This document shows, one piece after another, positions 38,880 to 51,522 of a stretch of DNA of 63,746 bases. The position numbers were made by a program, and so were the translations under genes. Below the pieces are notes generated by a model, which did no database searches, was not told the DNA's origin, and saw nothing but the letters and a program-made list of their open reading frames with translations. The DNA is from Octopus bimaculoides (taxonomy: Eukaryota), in NCBI RefSeq assembly GCF_001194135.2, contig NC_068996.1, forward strand, positions 50,678,736-50,742,481. Reading direction: 5' to 3'. Positions within the stretch are counted from its first letter, which is position 1; each line of letters opens with the position of its first letter.

Positions 38880-39255
38880 CTCTGTGTTTGTGTGTGTGTG
38901 TATGTGTACTGTGTGTGTGTGTGTGTACCGTGTGTGTGTGTGTGTGTGTACCGTGTGTGTGTGTGTGTACCGTGTGTGTGTGTGTGTGNNNNNNNNNNNN
39001 NNNNNNNNNNNNNNNNNNNNNNNNNNNNNNNNNNNNNNNNNNNNNNNNNNNNNNNNNNNNNNNNNNNNNNNNNNNNNNNNNNNNNNNNNNNNNNNNNNNN
39101 NNNNNNNNNNNNNNNNNNNNNNNNNNNNNNNNNNNNNNNNNNNNNNNNNNNNNNNNNNNNNNNNNNNNNNNNNNNNNNNNGTGTGTGTGTACCGTGTGTG
39201 TGTGTGTGTGTGTACCGTGTGTGTGTGTGTGTACCGTGTGTGTGTGTGTGTGTTG
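38880..39255. repeat. Compound microsatellite [(GT)n-ACC]m with an internal gap
   Basis: Repeats of gtgtgtgtgtgtacc on both sides of N 38989-39180. Confidence 0.9.
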
Positions 39256-39426
39256 TGTGTTTTGTACTGTGTGCATTCACATACACACTTATGTGTACAT
39301 ATAAATACAAACTGATATTTGAACAATCTCCACGCCTTTTTTTTTTGTTTTTGTAATAATAGATTTCTTTCTGTATTTTGGATTGAGTCCTTTGGTCTGT
39401 GTTTCTTATTTATCACTAAACAACCC

Positions 39427-39464
<38 letters not shown>

Positions 39465-39494
39465 GTACAGATGTGTCTGTGTGTATGCATTTGT

Positions 39495-39539
<45 letters not shown>

Positions 39540-39891
39540 TATGTATAATTAGAATTAATTGTTCTAAGCTCAGTCTATAAGTAGGTACTTTGCAGTGGTA
39601 TAGCTTGCTGCGATCACTATTAGATCACTGTGTAGTAGCTTCACTAGCATGTGTTATTGAGTTCAAATACTTGTGCGTGAGTGAGAGTGAGACATGGTCT
39701 GTCAAGGTAGGCTTGACCTTGATTACGCTGCTGTTGTCAAGACAACATTTTCATGTCGCGTTATCATCTATGATTCTGTTAAACTCTTCACATTATATAG
39801 AAATCAGCTGTGCATTTTTCTCGTTCTCTGTCTCTTTTTTAAATAAAAGAACATGTGTGTTTGTGTATGTATATGTACACGGACACTTGTG

Positions 39892-39931
<40 letters not shown>

Positions 39932-40452
39932 TAGATAAATATATTGATTGCGGAAGTATACCTATGTAATAATATAATATTCAGAAACTCATCTGTATGT
40001 TCACATACACACATTGAAAATAAAAGCAGAATGCAAAGTGAAAGCCAATCTCTTTTAATTTGTTAAAAAAAAGAAAAAATAGAAATCGATATTTTGTTAT
40101 TTTACAAGATAGAATATATCTGTGGCTGAGAATGTGTAACTATTATAGAGAATAGCCATAAAAGATATTTGTTTATTATAAATCTTAATTTATTGATTTC
40201 TGCTAATGCAACTACTTTATCAGCTGTCATTGGCCCAATCTGTTTATATATATATATATAATTTTTTTAATGTAAATCTTTTCTCTCTCTAATAAGAGCA
40301 GTTGAGTGGATATAAATATTATAAATTCCTTTTGAAGTGCTTGCATTTTTTTTCTAGCATGACTGACAAAAACTAATGGAAAAATATTTCTCCCTCTCTC
40401 TCTCTCTCTCTCGCTATGTGTATATATGTGTGTGTGTGTATATGTATATGTG

Positions 40453-40501
<49 letters not shown>

Positions 40502-40864
40502 GTATTTATAATCTATCCTTCATTATGTTGTCAGTACTGAGAGTAGTATCATTCCATGGCATTTCCTTCTAGCAATTTGTTCTTTTTTTTTTCCTTTTTG
40601 TATCTGTGTGAAAATGCTTAATGTCTTTCAGCATTTGATATCAAGCATCTGTTTATTTGAATTCAATGGTTTCACCGTGACCTTCCATAAAATCGAGAGT
40701 GATAAGTGAATGGACTGGTTGGAGGGGTGACAGTTATTCACATACATGCACACTGGCTATTCCGTGTTATTTTCCTGAGCTCGTTTTTGTTTAAATTATG
40801 AAGATGACCTGGGCTATAAATGTTTTTTTTTTTTTTGCATTCTCTTTTTATTTTTTGGTTACAG

Positions 40865-40974
40865 AAGATAATGGACAGTTGTCATGCTGATGTTTATTGA
40901 GTCAGAAACATGTGCCCATGACTGTCCAGCTGTCTTCTTATCTCCAGACAATAAGCATGTCCTTTTCCTGAATG
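40865..40974 (+). other. Candidate 110-bp 5' exon ending in an ATG that is in frame with the FHA exon
   Basis: About 40-nt polypyrimidine tract plus ttacag acceptor (ends 40864) and donor ATG|gtatgt (40975). The last three exon bases are ATG, preceded by an in-frame TGA. The sequence is not part of any repeat family seen in the window. Confidence 0.5.
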
Positions 40975-41076
40975 GTATGTAAACTTTGGAGAATTCTTCA
41001 ATATTGAGATTATCTCCCTTTCTCAAGAGGAACAGGTCTTAATTGGCATTTGGTAATTATGATACATCCTCCAGAT

Positions 41077-41260
41077 CAGTGTTTCCCAACAATTTTTTTT
41101 TTTTATCTATGGGCCCCTTTGATCCCTATTTTACTTGGATGCAACCTTATAACCATTCAGTGTTTAAAGAATCTCATTTTTATAATTAATTATTTGGAAT
41201 TTTATTTTAAAAAACTCAATATATTTTTGTAATGCAGAAGTAAAACAAATTTATTGCGCA
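41077..41260. mobile_element. Truncated hAT MITE related to 45136-45446
   Basis: cagtgtttcccaac...tttttatctatgggcccctttga matches the left end of the 45136 element. The right end was not found. Confidence 0.55.
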
Positions 41261-42150
41261 TAAATCTTAACTGCAAAAATTAACTTTAGCTCTCAATGAC
41301 CTGATGAGAATCGGTTATCTAGAGGCAAGAAGAATTTTCAATAAATCAAGAATTTATGTTATATGGTATTTCATGTAGTTGTATTCAATTGTGCTGTGCC
41401 ATTCAACAGATCCATACTTCATAAACTTTCATCGGCACTTAATTTTCAAAAGAACCTGATTGTTTACATTGCTGAAAAATACTTCAAAGGAACAACACAC
41501 TGCTCTTGGTTATTGTTAGCTGTCAGTAGTACTGTATGCAAATCCTCCTGTTTTTGAAGAAGAATCAGTTTGACCTGGTTAATTTAACCAGATGAAACTT
41601 CAATACACCTGGGCAACAGCACAGTTGGATTTTTTTTAAGTGACATATGATGGACTTTAGAGAAAGAAAATCTCCTTGCGAATATCGTGCTATAAAAAGG
41701 TATATCTAAAAGTATTTGTCCAAGATTAAAATGAACATGCAGGTACAGGTGTGGCTGTGTAGTAAGAAGTGTGCTTCTTAAGGAGGCAAGCTAGCAGAGA
41801 CGTTAGGACGCCGGGCGAAATACTTAGCGGTATTTCGTCTGCCGTTATGTTCTGAGTTCAAATTCCACCGAGGTCAACTTTACCTTTCATCTCTGGACTT
41901 TTTAACATAAAACACCAGGCAAGTACTGGAGTTGATGTAATTGGCTTGTTCCCTTCACTTAAAATTTGCTGGCCTTGTGCCCTGCAATGAACTGGCATCC
42001 TGTTTGGGTGAATGTTGTGATCTTGGTCACTTACATGCTATGGAAACCAAGTAACTGGCTTTGTGAGTCCAAAGGCTCAAGAAAAGAAAAGAAAAAGACC
42101 TACTCACGAAAGAGTATAGTTTTGTGGATATGGTTTTTTTTTATATATTA

Positions 42151-42400
42151 ACAATTCTATAAATAATAATAATTATATTTTATAAGCTTAAAGCTTATAA
42201 GCTATCACTGTGTATTAACTAAAGAAAATAGCCTAATATTGGGGCATATTGATGCAAAATGTGGGTTTTCTGTACAGAAAACCCACTTTTTTCTCCATTG
42301 AGGGCTTATATGCTCCAATATTAGACTATTTTCTTTAGTCAATATACAGTGATCACTTATAAGCTTTAAGCTTATAAAATATTATTATTTACAGAATTGT
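42151..42400. repeat. 250-bp foldback (near-perfect inverted repeat; probable MITE)
   Basis: Arms of about 100 bp (acaattct...ttttataagcttaaagcttataagctatcactgtgtattaactaaagaaaatagcctaatattggggcatat and its inverse). The centre is a perfect 26-bp palindrome gtgggttttctgtacagaaaacccac. Confidence 0.9.
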
Positions 42401-42713
42401 CACTCATCACCACTTCTCAAATCATTGCAGAAAACGCATATTAACAATACAATGTTATAATAAAATGTATATTACTCCATCTGGGCTGAGGCTAAATGTC
42501 TGAAACCAGTAGAATATTAGACTTTCTTCATATTCTGCAGCGTGAGTCAGAATAACGATTTCCTCAGATGTTCAAATGACATCATGTTGGAAATTTTATG
42601 TCTCTTTCAACAACAACAAAAAAAAAAGACCACAGTATCACACTTGCCAATTAAATCTTCATTGCATAAATTCATTTAGGAAGAATTTATTCTATAAAAT
42701 AGTAACATCTGGT

Positions 42714-42748
<35 letters not shown>

Positions 42749-42882
42749 CCAAATTAAATTGGAACAATTTAAGTGATGGAAGATTGTCATCTTTGCAATC
42801 AACAATTATTGGGTACGTCTAGCTTTTATGACCTTGGAATATTAATTTATTGGAATTGAAATCCATGAAATATTATTTTGAA

Positions 42883-43390
42883 GGTACAGGTATGGCTGTG
42901 TAGTTAAGCAGCTTGGTTTGCAACCGCATAGTTTCAGGTTCAGTCCCACTGTGTGGCATCTTGGGCAAATGTTGTCTACTATAGCCCTGGGTTGACCAAT
43001 GTCTTGTGAGTGAATTTAGCAGATGAGAACTGTCTGGAAGTCTGCAACACTTGTGTGTGTGTGTATATTGAATTTTATCATTTCAGTCATTAGACTGCAG
43101 CCATACTGGAGCACTGCCTTGAATTTTAGCTGAATGAACTGATCCCGGTACATATTTTTTAAAGCCTGGTACTTGTTCTATTATTCTTTTTGCTGAACTG
43201 GTTAAGTTATGAGGACATAAACACACCAACACTGGTTGTCAAGTGGTGGTGGTGCACGCACGCACGCATGCTCGCGCGCGTGCGATTAGCTTCTTTCAGT
43301 GCTTCTTTCGGTTTCCATCTACCAAATCAGTAGATGGAAATTTTGGTTGGCTTGGTGCTATAGTAGAAGACATTTGCCCAAGGGTTATGC
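42883..43390. mobile_element. Tail-to-tail inverted pair of family B SINEs (42883-43060 +; 43075-43390 -)
   Basis: The plus head ggtacaggtatggctgtgtagttaag...gggcaaatgttgtctactatagccc and the minus copy gctatagtagaagacatttgcccaagg are complementary. Confidence 0.75.
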
Positions 43391-45135
43391 CTAGGGTTAA
43401 ACGCAACTTGCCTTGTCAGCTTATTAGATTTCCATTGAAATCATACATTGATTTCATAAATGGTAAAAGAATAAAATTGTAAACAATATGGTTGGCTAAT
43501 TCACAATTTTACAACCTAAAGACAGGAATATATACATCCATAAAGTAACAAAGGGCACTAATCAGCATCAGTAATGCCAGAAATAAGAGTCAAAACAACT
43601 CAATAGCCACAGAAACACTATCTTAATGACTGACAAGAGAGGCAAGCTCCTTACAGCTGCAGATATAGTCAGATCATTGATGATTTTGCATTTTGATGCT
43701 TAACACACCTTAATGCTCATCAGTGGCTCTCACCATGCCTAGGGTTAAACCCAGCTTGCCTTACCAGCTTATATGATTTCTGTTGAAATCATACACTGAT
43801 TTCATAAACAGTAAAAATGAAAATTATAATATGTGTGGCTAATTCACAGTTTTACAACTTAGTGATGTATATATTTCTGCCTTTAGATTATAAAATTGCA
43901 AATTAGCCACACACNNNNNNNNNNNNNNNNNNNNNNNNNNNNNNNNNNNNNNNNNNNNNNNNNNNNNNNNNNNNNNNNNNTATGCAACAGAACAGCTCTA
44001 GGGTAATAGTGTTATCTTTATAACATACTTAATGTGTTGTTGAAAGCCAGAAGCTACAGTTCTCCAACTAAGAAAAATCTCATTACAGATGTTGCCCTAC
44101 CCATGCATGCATGGAAAATGGATGGCAAACGATGATGATACATAATGTGTTGAAACGAACTAGGTGAAATGAAATCATTGCAGAAGAGACTGAGAGAACA
44201 ACAGATACATATTTAACCATTTTTTAGGCTTGTCAATGTCATATACTCTTTGTCACTGCCAAAACAAGATTGAATCAGCCAGTTTAGAGTTTACAGAGAT
44301 AGTGTATAAACTATACACTGGCTTGCGTTGGTTCCAGAAAAGCAGAATAAAATTTGAATTATGCAATAGCAGCAGCTATATTTGTGTATGTGGGTGTCTG
44401 TGTGCATGTCTGTCTCCCCACTACTTGACAATTGGTGTTGGTTTGTTTAAGTACCTGTTACTTAGCAGCTTGGCAAAAGAGACCAATGGAATAAGTACTA
44501 GACTTAACAAAGAAGTTCTGTGGTTGATTTATTCAACTAAACTCTTTAATGTGGTGCTCCAGTATGACCACAGTCCAGTGACTGAAACAAGTAGAAAAAG
44601 AGATGCCATCAGTTGTTATTCAGCCCCAGATCAGCTCTGAGTGAGTACACCTATGCTATAAGTATAGTATACCTTGGATTACATTGTTGAATATGTTGTT
44701 TTTTAGGAAGGTAGGGTGTGGTTGGAGGAAGGTTTGTGTGCTATTTGTAGTAGGTCAAGTGACCATATGAAGGCTCCCCTCATTGGTTTGTGAAATCATC
44801 TGTAAATTCAGATAGTGGCAAATATTTGTTTATGACTACAAGATTTCATTGGGACATAATTGATTCAATTTGCCTCGAGTTTGCTCAGATGGCATCATTG
44901 TTTGAAAGTATTTATTTTTTGAGTTCCATTGGTAATTTGCTCATCTTTTGTCATCGTCATCGATTTAACATCCACTTTTCTATGACTTGGATGGAGTTCA
45001 TTGACCAGACTTCTCTATGGTTGCATGCCCTTCCTGTTGCCAACACTCACCTGTTTCCAGGCAAGTTAATATTTCCCCATGACCAAACATGTATGTCTTC
45101 ATAGAATATTGTAAATGAATGATATTCATTTACAA

Positions 45136-45446
45136 CAGGGGTTCTCAACCATTTTTTATCTATGGACCCCCTTTGACTGCTATTTTATTCTGGTGGACCC
45201 TCGTAGCCATTCGATGCTTAAAAACTAATTTCATAGAATGTTATTTATTGTTTTCACACATTATTTTGTGTAGGTTGAACTGTGTAAAATATCAGAAAAA
45301 GAAATCTGTTTCTTGCAATACATACCAATACATATGTCTAAAGCAAATTTTCTTTCAGCGGCCCTTAAAATATTGTGGGTTCCTAATTTACTATTTTGTT
45401 ATATGGACCCCAAAAATCTGATGTAGACCCCGGTTGAGAACCACTG
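45136..45446. mobile_element. hAT (Charlie-type) MITE, 311 bp, nested in a family C SINE
   Basis: TIRs caggggttctcaacc and ggttgagaaccactg; perfect 8-bp TSD atttacaa (45128-45135 and 45447-45454). Confidence 0.92.
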
Positions 45447-46712
45447 ATTTACAACATCATTTGATGTCATGACAAAGAGACTCAATAAAACACACACATA
45501 CACTCAACCACATATATTTAACATATATGCTACATGCATTTGCTGGTAGGCTTCTATTTGAAGTAGTGGGAAGAGCTTTCTCAAAGTGTTGGGTGTTAAA
45601 ATCTGAAAATCATGGACAGGCAAGATAACTGACTTCCAATCCCATCTCCTAGGAGTATGTGTATATACATACATGATAGGCTTCTTTCAGTTTCTCCCTA
45701 ATCCACTATCAAGGCTTTAGTTGGTCTGAGACAATTATAGAAGACACTTGTCCAAGGTGCCATGCAGTGAGACTGAACCAGAAACCATGTACTTGCAAGA
45801 CAAACATCTTAACCACACAGCCATACCTGCATTTTCAGGAAACAAAATGCAAAGCATATTGAATTTCTTGATATACTTGGATTACAATATCATAACTGTG
45901 TCCAAAAGGCTTAGTCAATGTTCAGTCACCCAACATAATTCTAGGAACATACCGTTATCTACTTAAGCGTTGGAATCTGTGTAATATATCGTTTCAGAAT
46001 GTTTATCAATAAATATTCTATAGATAGTGAAATATAATCATAGCTTGTTTGTTAATATTGATTAAAAGAAAGAAAAAAAATCAGATGTGCTCTAGGGCAT
46101 CGGATTTGATTGTTACTCATTACTGAAGCAGAAATTAAGTTTACACTGGATAAAACGCAACTCGTTCTTTTATTACTTTATCTATGTGTTTTTTTTCTTT
46201 TATTTATACTGGCAATATTTATTTATTGATTTTATATGAGAAGCACTAGAATTTAGAATATTACAAAAAATTTTTTTCTTCATTTCTGATTTAGCTCAGT
46301 TATAAAATTGTGTGTGAACAAGACAGAGAGAAATTATTTGGGAAGTTGAAATTTGAAGTAAAGCAATACCAAGTAGGTTTAGACAGTTCCTGTGCAAAGA
46401 AGGAATAATATTTTGGTAAAGATGTCATATTTTCAAAACAAGAGTATTCTGAACCCATTCTTGATATATTTATCTAAGCAGCATTCACTGGGAAATGTAT
46501 TTATTATTCAGTCAACTTGAAGGAACTACACTCCCTTCACTCTCGTTTGAATCACAGCTATGTTGGAATGTGATCCCAACTTTCTTTCAGTTGTGATTGT
46601 GAAACTTATATGTATGTCACAAATCTTTTGAAGCTTGAAACTGGGAGGTTACAGGAACTTTTAATTGTTTGATATAACCCAAAAGGAAAAAAAATTAAAA
46701 AATAAGTCTTTT

Positions 46713-47137
46713 AACCCTTTAATATTCGGATTATTTTTATCAAATATAAATACTTATTTATTCACATTGTTTTCAGTTTATCATGCATTATTTCATAGCT
46801 TACATATTCTGATGTGATTGTTTACTTTTAGAATGACATTGTAGAGTAAGTGTGATAGGCTGGATCTGGCTGATTTCAACATTAAAACAGGTAGAATATT
46901 TGGACCTGATATGGTCAGTTTAACACTTTAGCATTCAGATCACTCTATCAAATGTAATGCATGATTAATTGAAAACAATGTGAATAAGCATCATCTTGTA
47001 GCTCTGAGATTTAGATGATGTGATTGTTGATTTTTAGAATGACATTGTAGGGTAGGTGTGAATGGCCTGATCTGGCTGGTTTGACCATAAAACAATATTT
47101 TGGCTGGATATGGCTGGTTTAAATGCTAAAGTGTTAA
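46713..47137. mobile_element. piggyBac-type MITE family P1, two tandem copies
   Basis: ttaaccctttaatattc ... tttaacactttagcattcaga ... aatgctaaagtgttaa. Confidence 0.75.
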
Positions 47138-47292
47138 ATCAATTAAATCACATAAAAAATGAGTTAAATCAATGACAGATAAGAAGAAAAAGCAGGGCTA
47201 TCAATATATATTCATCAGTTAAATTTCATCCAGCAGCAATTCTTTTATCTTAATCACTAGATATCTTTTGCTCCTGCCATGGATTGCTTTAA

Positions 47293-47506
47293 CCCTTTCG
47301 TTACCAACCCTGCTGAAACTGGCTCTGAGTACAAATGTCTTATTTTCGTAAGTTTTGAATTGAAATCTGCCACCAAACCTGAGTCACAATTTATGTTCCT
47401 AACATTAGCTTAATGATAACTAAATTATTTTACTAAATTCTTTGTTATATCTAAAATAATTGAAAGAAACACAGAACATCTCAACAGAAATATGGTAATA
47501 AAAGAG
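47293..47506. mobile_element. piggyBac-type MITE family P2, 214 bp
   Basis: TTAA|ccctttcgttacca ... tggtaataaaagag|TTAA. Relatives lie at about 50430-50637, 36565-36700 and 54820-55005. Confidence 0.8.
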
Positions 47507-49636
47507 TTAACAAATGATTAATTTAACCCTTTTGATACAAACCCAGCTGAAACCACCGCTTCTGCTTGGAATTCAATATCTTTTATCCTACTGAGTATTG
47601 CAGAGTTTATCTATAGATTTTAGACATCTCTCTCTAATTGAAAGCTGTTTGTATCTTGTCTTTATATACAATATCTTTGTGGGTAGCAAGCTGGCAGAAT
47701 TGTTAGCACACCAGGTGAAATGCTTAGCGTTTTGTCTATCCTTACCTTCTGAATTCAAATTCTGCCGAGATTGACTTTGCCTTACCTCCTTTCAGAGTTG
47801 ATAAAATAAGTACCAGTGAAACAATGGGGTCGATGTAATCAATTTTAATACTCCAAGGTATGAGTGAAAAAGAAAAACTGCACCCCTCTGCCAAGCCATA
47901 TTCAGCCAGCGAGGCAAAGTAGGATCATGAAAGTATAATGATCTCCAGGAGAAAACATCGTGAGGCCTTTGACCTGCAGTGGACTGAATATAAGCAATCC
48001 AATCTTTGTGAACAATAAAAGAGGAAGCAACCTAACCAGTTTCATTGTGTGTTAGGATTTCATCTACAACCATTTATTCTGTTTAACTGTACACTGAGAC
48101 ATGTCTTATAAACCCAATATTTGCATGGGACTAAGTAGATCAGATAGACTGATTTGCACTAGTAACTTTTGATTGGAACGAAGATATCCATGAAGACATT
48201 GTATATAAAAACACAACCTTATGGTCTCAAGTTCAGTCCCACTGCACAGCACCATGGTAAAGTGTCTTCTATTATAATCCCTGGTCAACTAAAGCCTTGT
48301 GAATGGATTTGGAGATGGAAACTGAAAGCAATCTATCAAACATAATAATATGCATATATGTTTGTGCCTCCTCATCTTGGTATAGAATGATACTTGTAAA
48401 CAAGTGTTACCACCATACAAGTAGTACCACTTATGTCCATTCTTTCATACAAACATGGAGAAGTGGACATTAAAATGATAATACTACTACTGCTGTTGCT
48501 ACTACTACTGCTGTTGCTACTACTACTATCACCACATCAAAAGAATGTAAAAATGAGCAAATGGTTCAAAACTATTTGCATTGGTTCTCTTGCTAAACGT
48601 CAAATATAACAATCATTTGTTATCTTTTTACTATTTTTTCAATCTGTGATCTGGTTTTAATTCCCTGCCGAAGTTTTTATACTTCATTTCACGTGAGTAG
48701 TGCTGCTGCTAACAAAAATAAACAATAAAAAAGTCCTTTCTTAATGCTTGAATAATCCTTTCTACTAAAGGCATAAGGCCTGAAATTTTGTGAGAGGGCA
48801 CTAGTTGATTGGATTGACCTCAGTGTTACACTGGTACTTAATTTATTGACCCTGAAAGTACAAAAGGCAAAGTTGACCTCGGTGGTATTTGAACTCAGAA
48901 CATGAAGATGAACAAAACGCTGCTAATCATTTTGCATGGTGTGCTACTGATTCTGCTAGCTCGCAGCCTTTTAAATGCTTGAATAATGATTCTCGTTATA
49001 CAAGTAGCTGCAATGACATTCCTCTAAAGGGTCTACTTGACAGGGAGCATAAGCATGGACATAAGAGTATCTCTCCATATCGACTTGCTACTTTTCTGCA
49101 TTGAGAGGTGACAATTCCATTACTATGGACATGTGATTTTTTTTCCTGTGATTTTCTAAGCACAAGATGGATTCTTTAAGCTGAGGAATTGGCAGGAGAC
49201 CCAGTGGGTAGATCAAGAATGAGAGACAGTTGCATAATATCCATAGTCTTGATCACACTTGGGAATCCAGCCAGAAAGTGGCTGGATTCCCAAGAAGATG
49301 GTTGCTTCTGATGGGACTCTATGGAGCAGGTTCCTTAAGACTATATCCCTACAACCCTGCCAGGAATAGTGAAATAAAATGGATAAATAGATGGATTTAC
49401 ATTATCCTAATCTAACTTATTCAAATGGCAATTTATTAAATCATCTTAACCTACCTGAAAAATAAATTCTGTACCGTTTTCGTAATATTTTCCATTAGTT
49501 ACAGGACTGGTAGATTACTGATCTCAGTTCCTTTACTATCAGTTAGCTAGCTGACCTATTATAGGCTTTCCAGTTGTGACCATCCTGTTTTTTATTCTGG
49601 TATGTCTTTAGCACTACATTTTCAATTTTTTATTAA

Positions 49637-49673
<37 letters not shown>

Positions 49674-51465
49674 GTTATTATTATTATCTTAAGACATTAG
49701 GGTTTGGTTTGGAATTTGGTTGCTAATTCTTGCAAGTTGAACAACTGTATAGACTTCCACATTAGCTCATCATACCATTATATTCTTCATGGTGCCAAGG
49801 GGAGAAAATATGGTTAAAATACTAAAGTCAAGATTTCACATATGTTTTTCATTAATGAATAAAATGCTGCTAATATTCTGGCTGACATTTTTGTCATCAA
49901 AAATCAACAGTTAAGTTTGATGCAACCAAACTATTCTTCACAGTCCTTTTCCCCACAGAACTTCTTACATCACTTTCCTTGGTGTAATAAAATAAAACGA
50001 CAAAAACATTCCATACCCTTAGCTATACAATCCCCTCACCTTTTTTGATGGGATGGGTGAGCATGATGGGTAAATGACGTCATTGAATTTGATTTTTGTC
50101 ATAGAAAGAAGAGGAGGAGGAAACGTGGTTTGGTGGTCATATTGTGTTCTGGTGAGATGCAGTACTAGGGAAGTGCATACTGATTAGTCTATCTGCCTGT
50201 GCATTTGTTGGAGGTGGGATCTCAAGAAAGAGAAAAAAAGGAGTGTTAGGAAGTGAGAGAGAGGAATTTTTGTTGGGAAGTAAATGGTTACATCAGTCAT
50301 TACTAAAATGAAAGATTGAAGGATATAATATGGTGACAGTCAAAAGTTTATATTTTGTTGAGCTTTAAATAAATACCCTTGTGTATGGTTTGCAAGATCT
50401 AATTGTTCACAACTAAAATATTTCCTTAAACCCCCTTGATACCAACCTGCCCTGAGTTCTGTGATATAAATTTAATGTTTGAAACTTATCTAAATTTAAA
50501 CCTTCCTTCAAAACTTTCATGGTAATTTGTTACAAACACCAACTTATTGACAAAATAACTTTACTAAATTTTTCATTATTTTCAAAATGAATTGAAACAA
50601 AGACAAGTATTTCAACAGAAGTATGGTAACAAAAGGGTTAATGAGGAACCCTAGTTTTCATAATGATTTGCTGAAAATAAGGAGTTGTTGTTAAGTAGTT
50701 TTATGATTTGGAGGTAGCTAGTAAAAAAAAAAAAAAAAAAAATTGATTTTGTTTCTTTCTGATTATGATTAGTTATATTTCACAGTTTAAAAGAGTCTGG
50801 AAAAATTTTAACATTGATCAATGGAAAGGGCTAAGCTGTTGTATCCCACTGACTTGGGGGTTTTGGGGAAAGGATTCCTGGTTGTAATTATTTTAAGCAT
50901 CTTTAAAAAAATCAGGTTCATTGGAACAAGGGGAGCTGTTTCCCTTATTGCAATTTGTCAGTGCTAATGTGATGAATATGTTAGACGTTAAATATTTGAT
51001 ATGGTTAATTGATGTTTCATATTTAATATTGTTTGACATTATTACTATTTTTGTAATTTCCTAATTTCTCATTACGAGAAGAAAGCAAAGGTTTTTTTTT
51101 TTTTCCCCCCCTTTATCAAGAAGGAAGCATGAATTAAATAGGGAGGCGTATCCAATATTTCTGGTGGACAGCTTGCAGTGGAAAAGAGAGAATGAAAAGA
51201 GATGAAGAGAGAGAGAGAGAGAGAGAGAATTCACCATTAAGGATTAATTGTACACAGAGATTAGAGATGGGAAATTCATTAAGTCTCAAACTGATCCCTC
51301 CCCACCACTACACCTTCCTTCTCTTCTATCTTTGATCCTTCAATAAGCAGCGGCTAGCTTGCTTTTATTTTTATTTTTTAAAAAATTTTAATTTTATTTT
51401 TGAATCATCTAGTAGTACTTTAATTGTATCTTTTTAGATCTTTGAAATGTCAGTATCATTGAGTA

Positions 51466-51469
<4 letters not shown>

Positions 51470-51521
<52 letters not shown>
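51470..51521. repeat. (TAA)n microsatellite, representative of many simple repeats: (TG)n 13-56, (TA)n beside most gaps, (TC)n 3958-4011, (ATT)n 49635-49685, (TG)n 63710-63746
   Basis: Directly visible. Confidence 0.95.
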
Positions 51522-51522
<1 letters not shown>

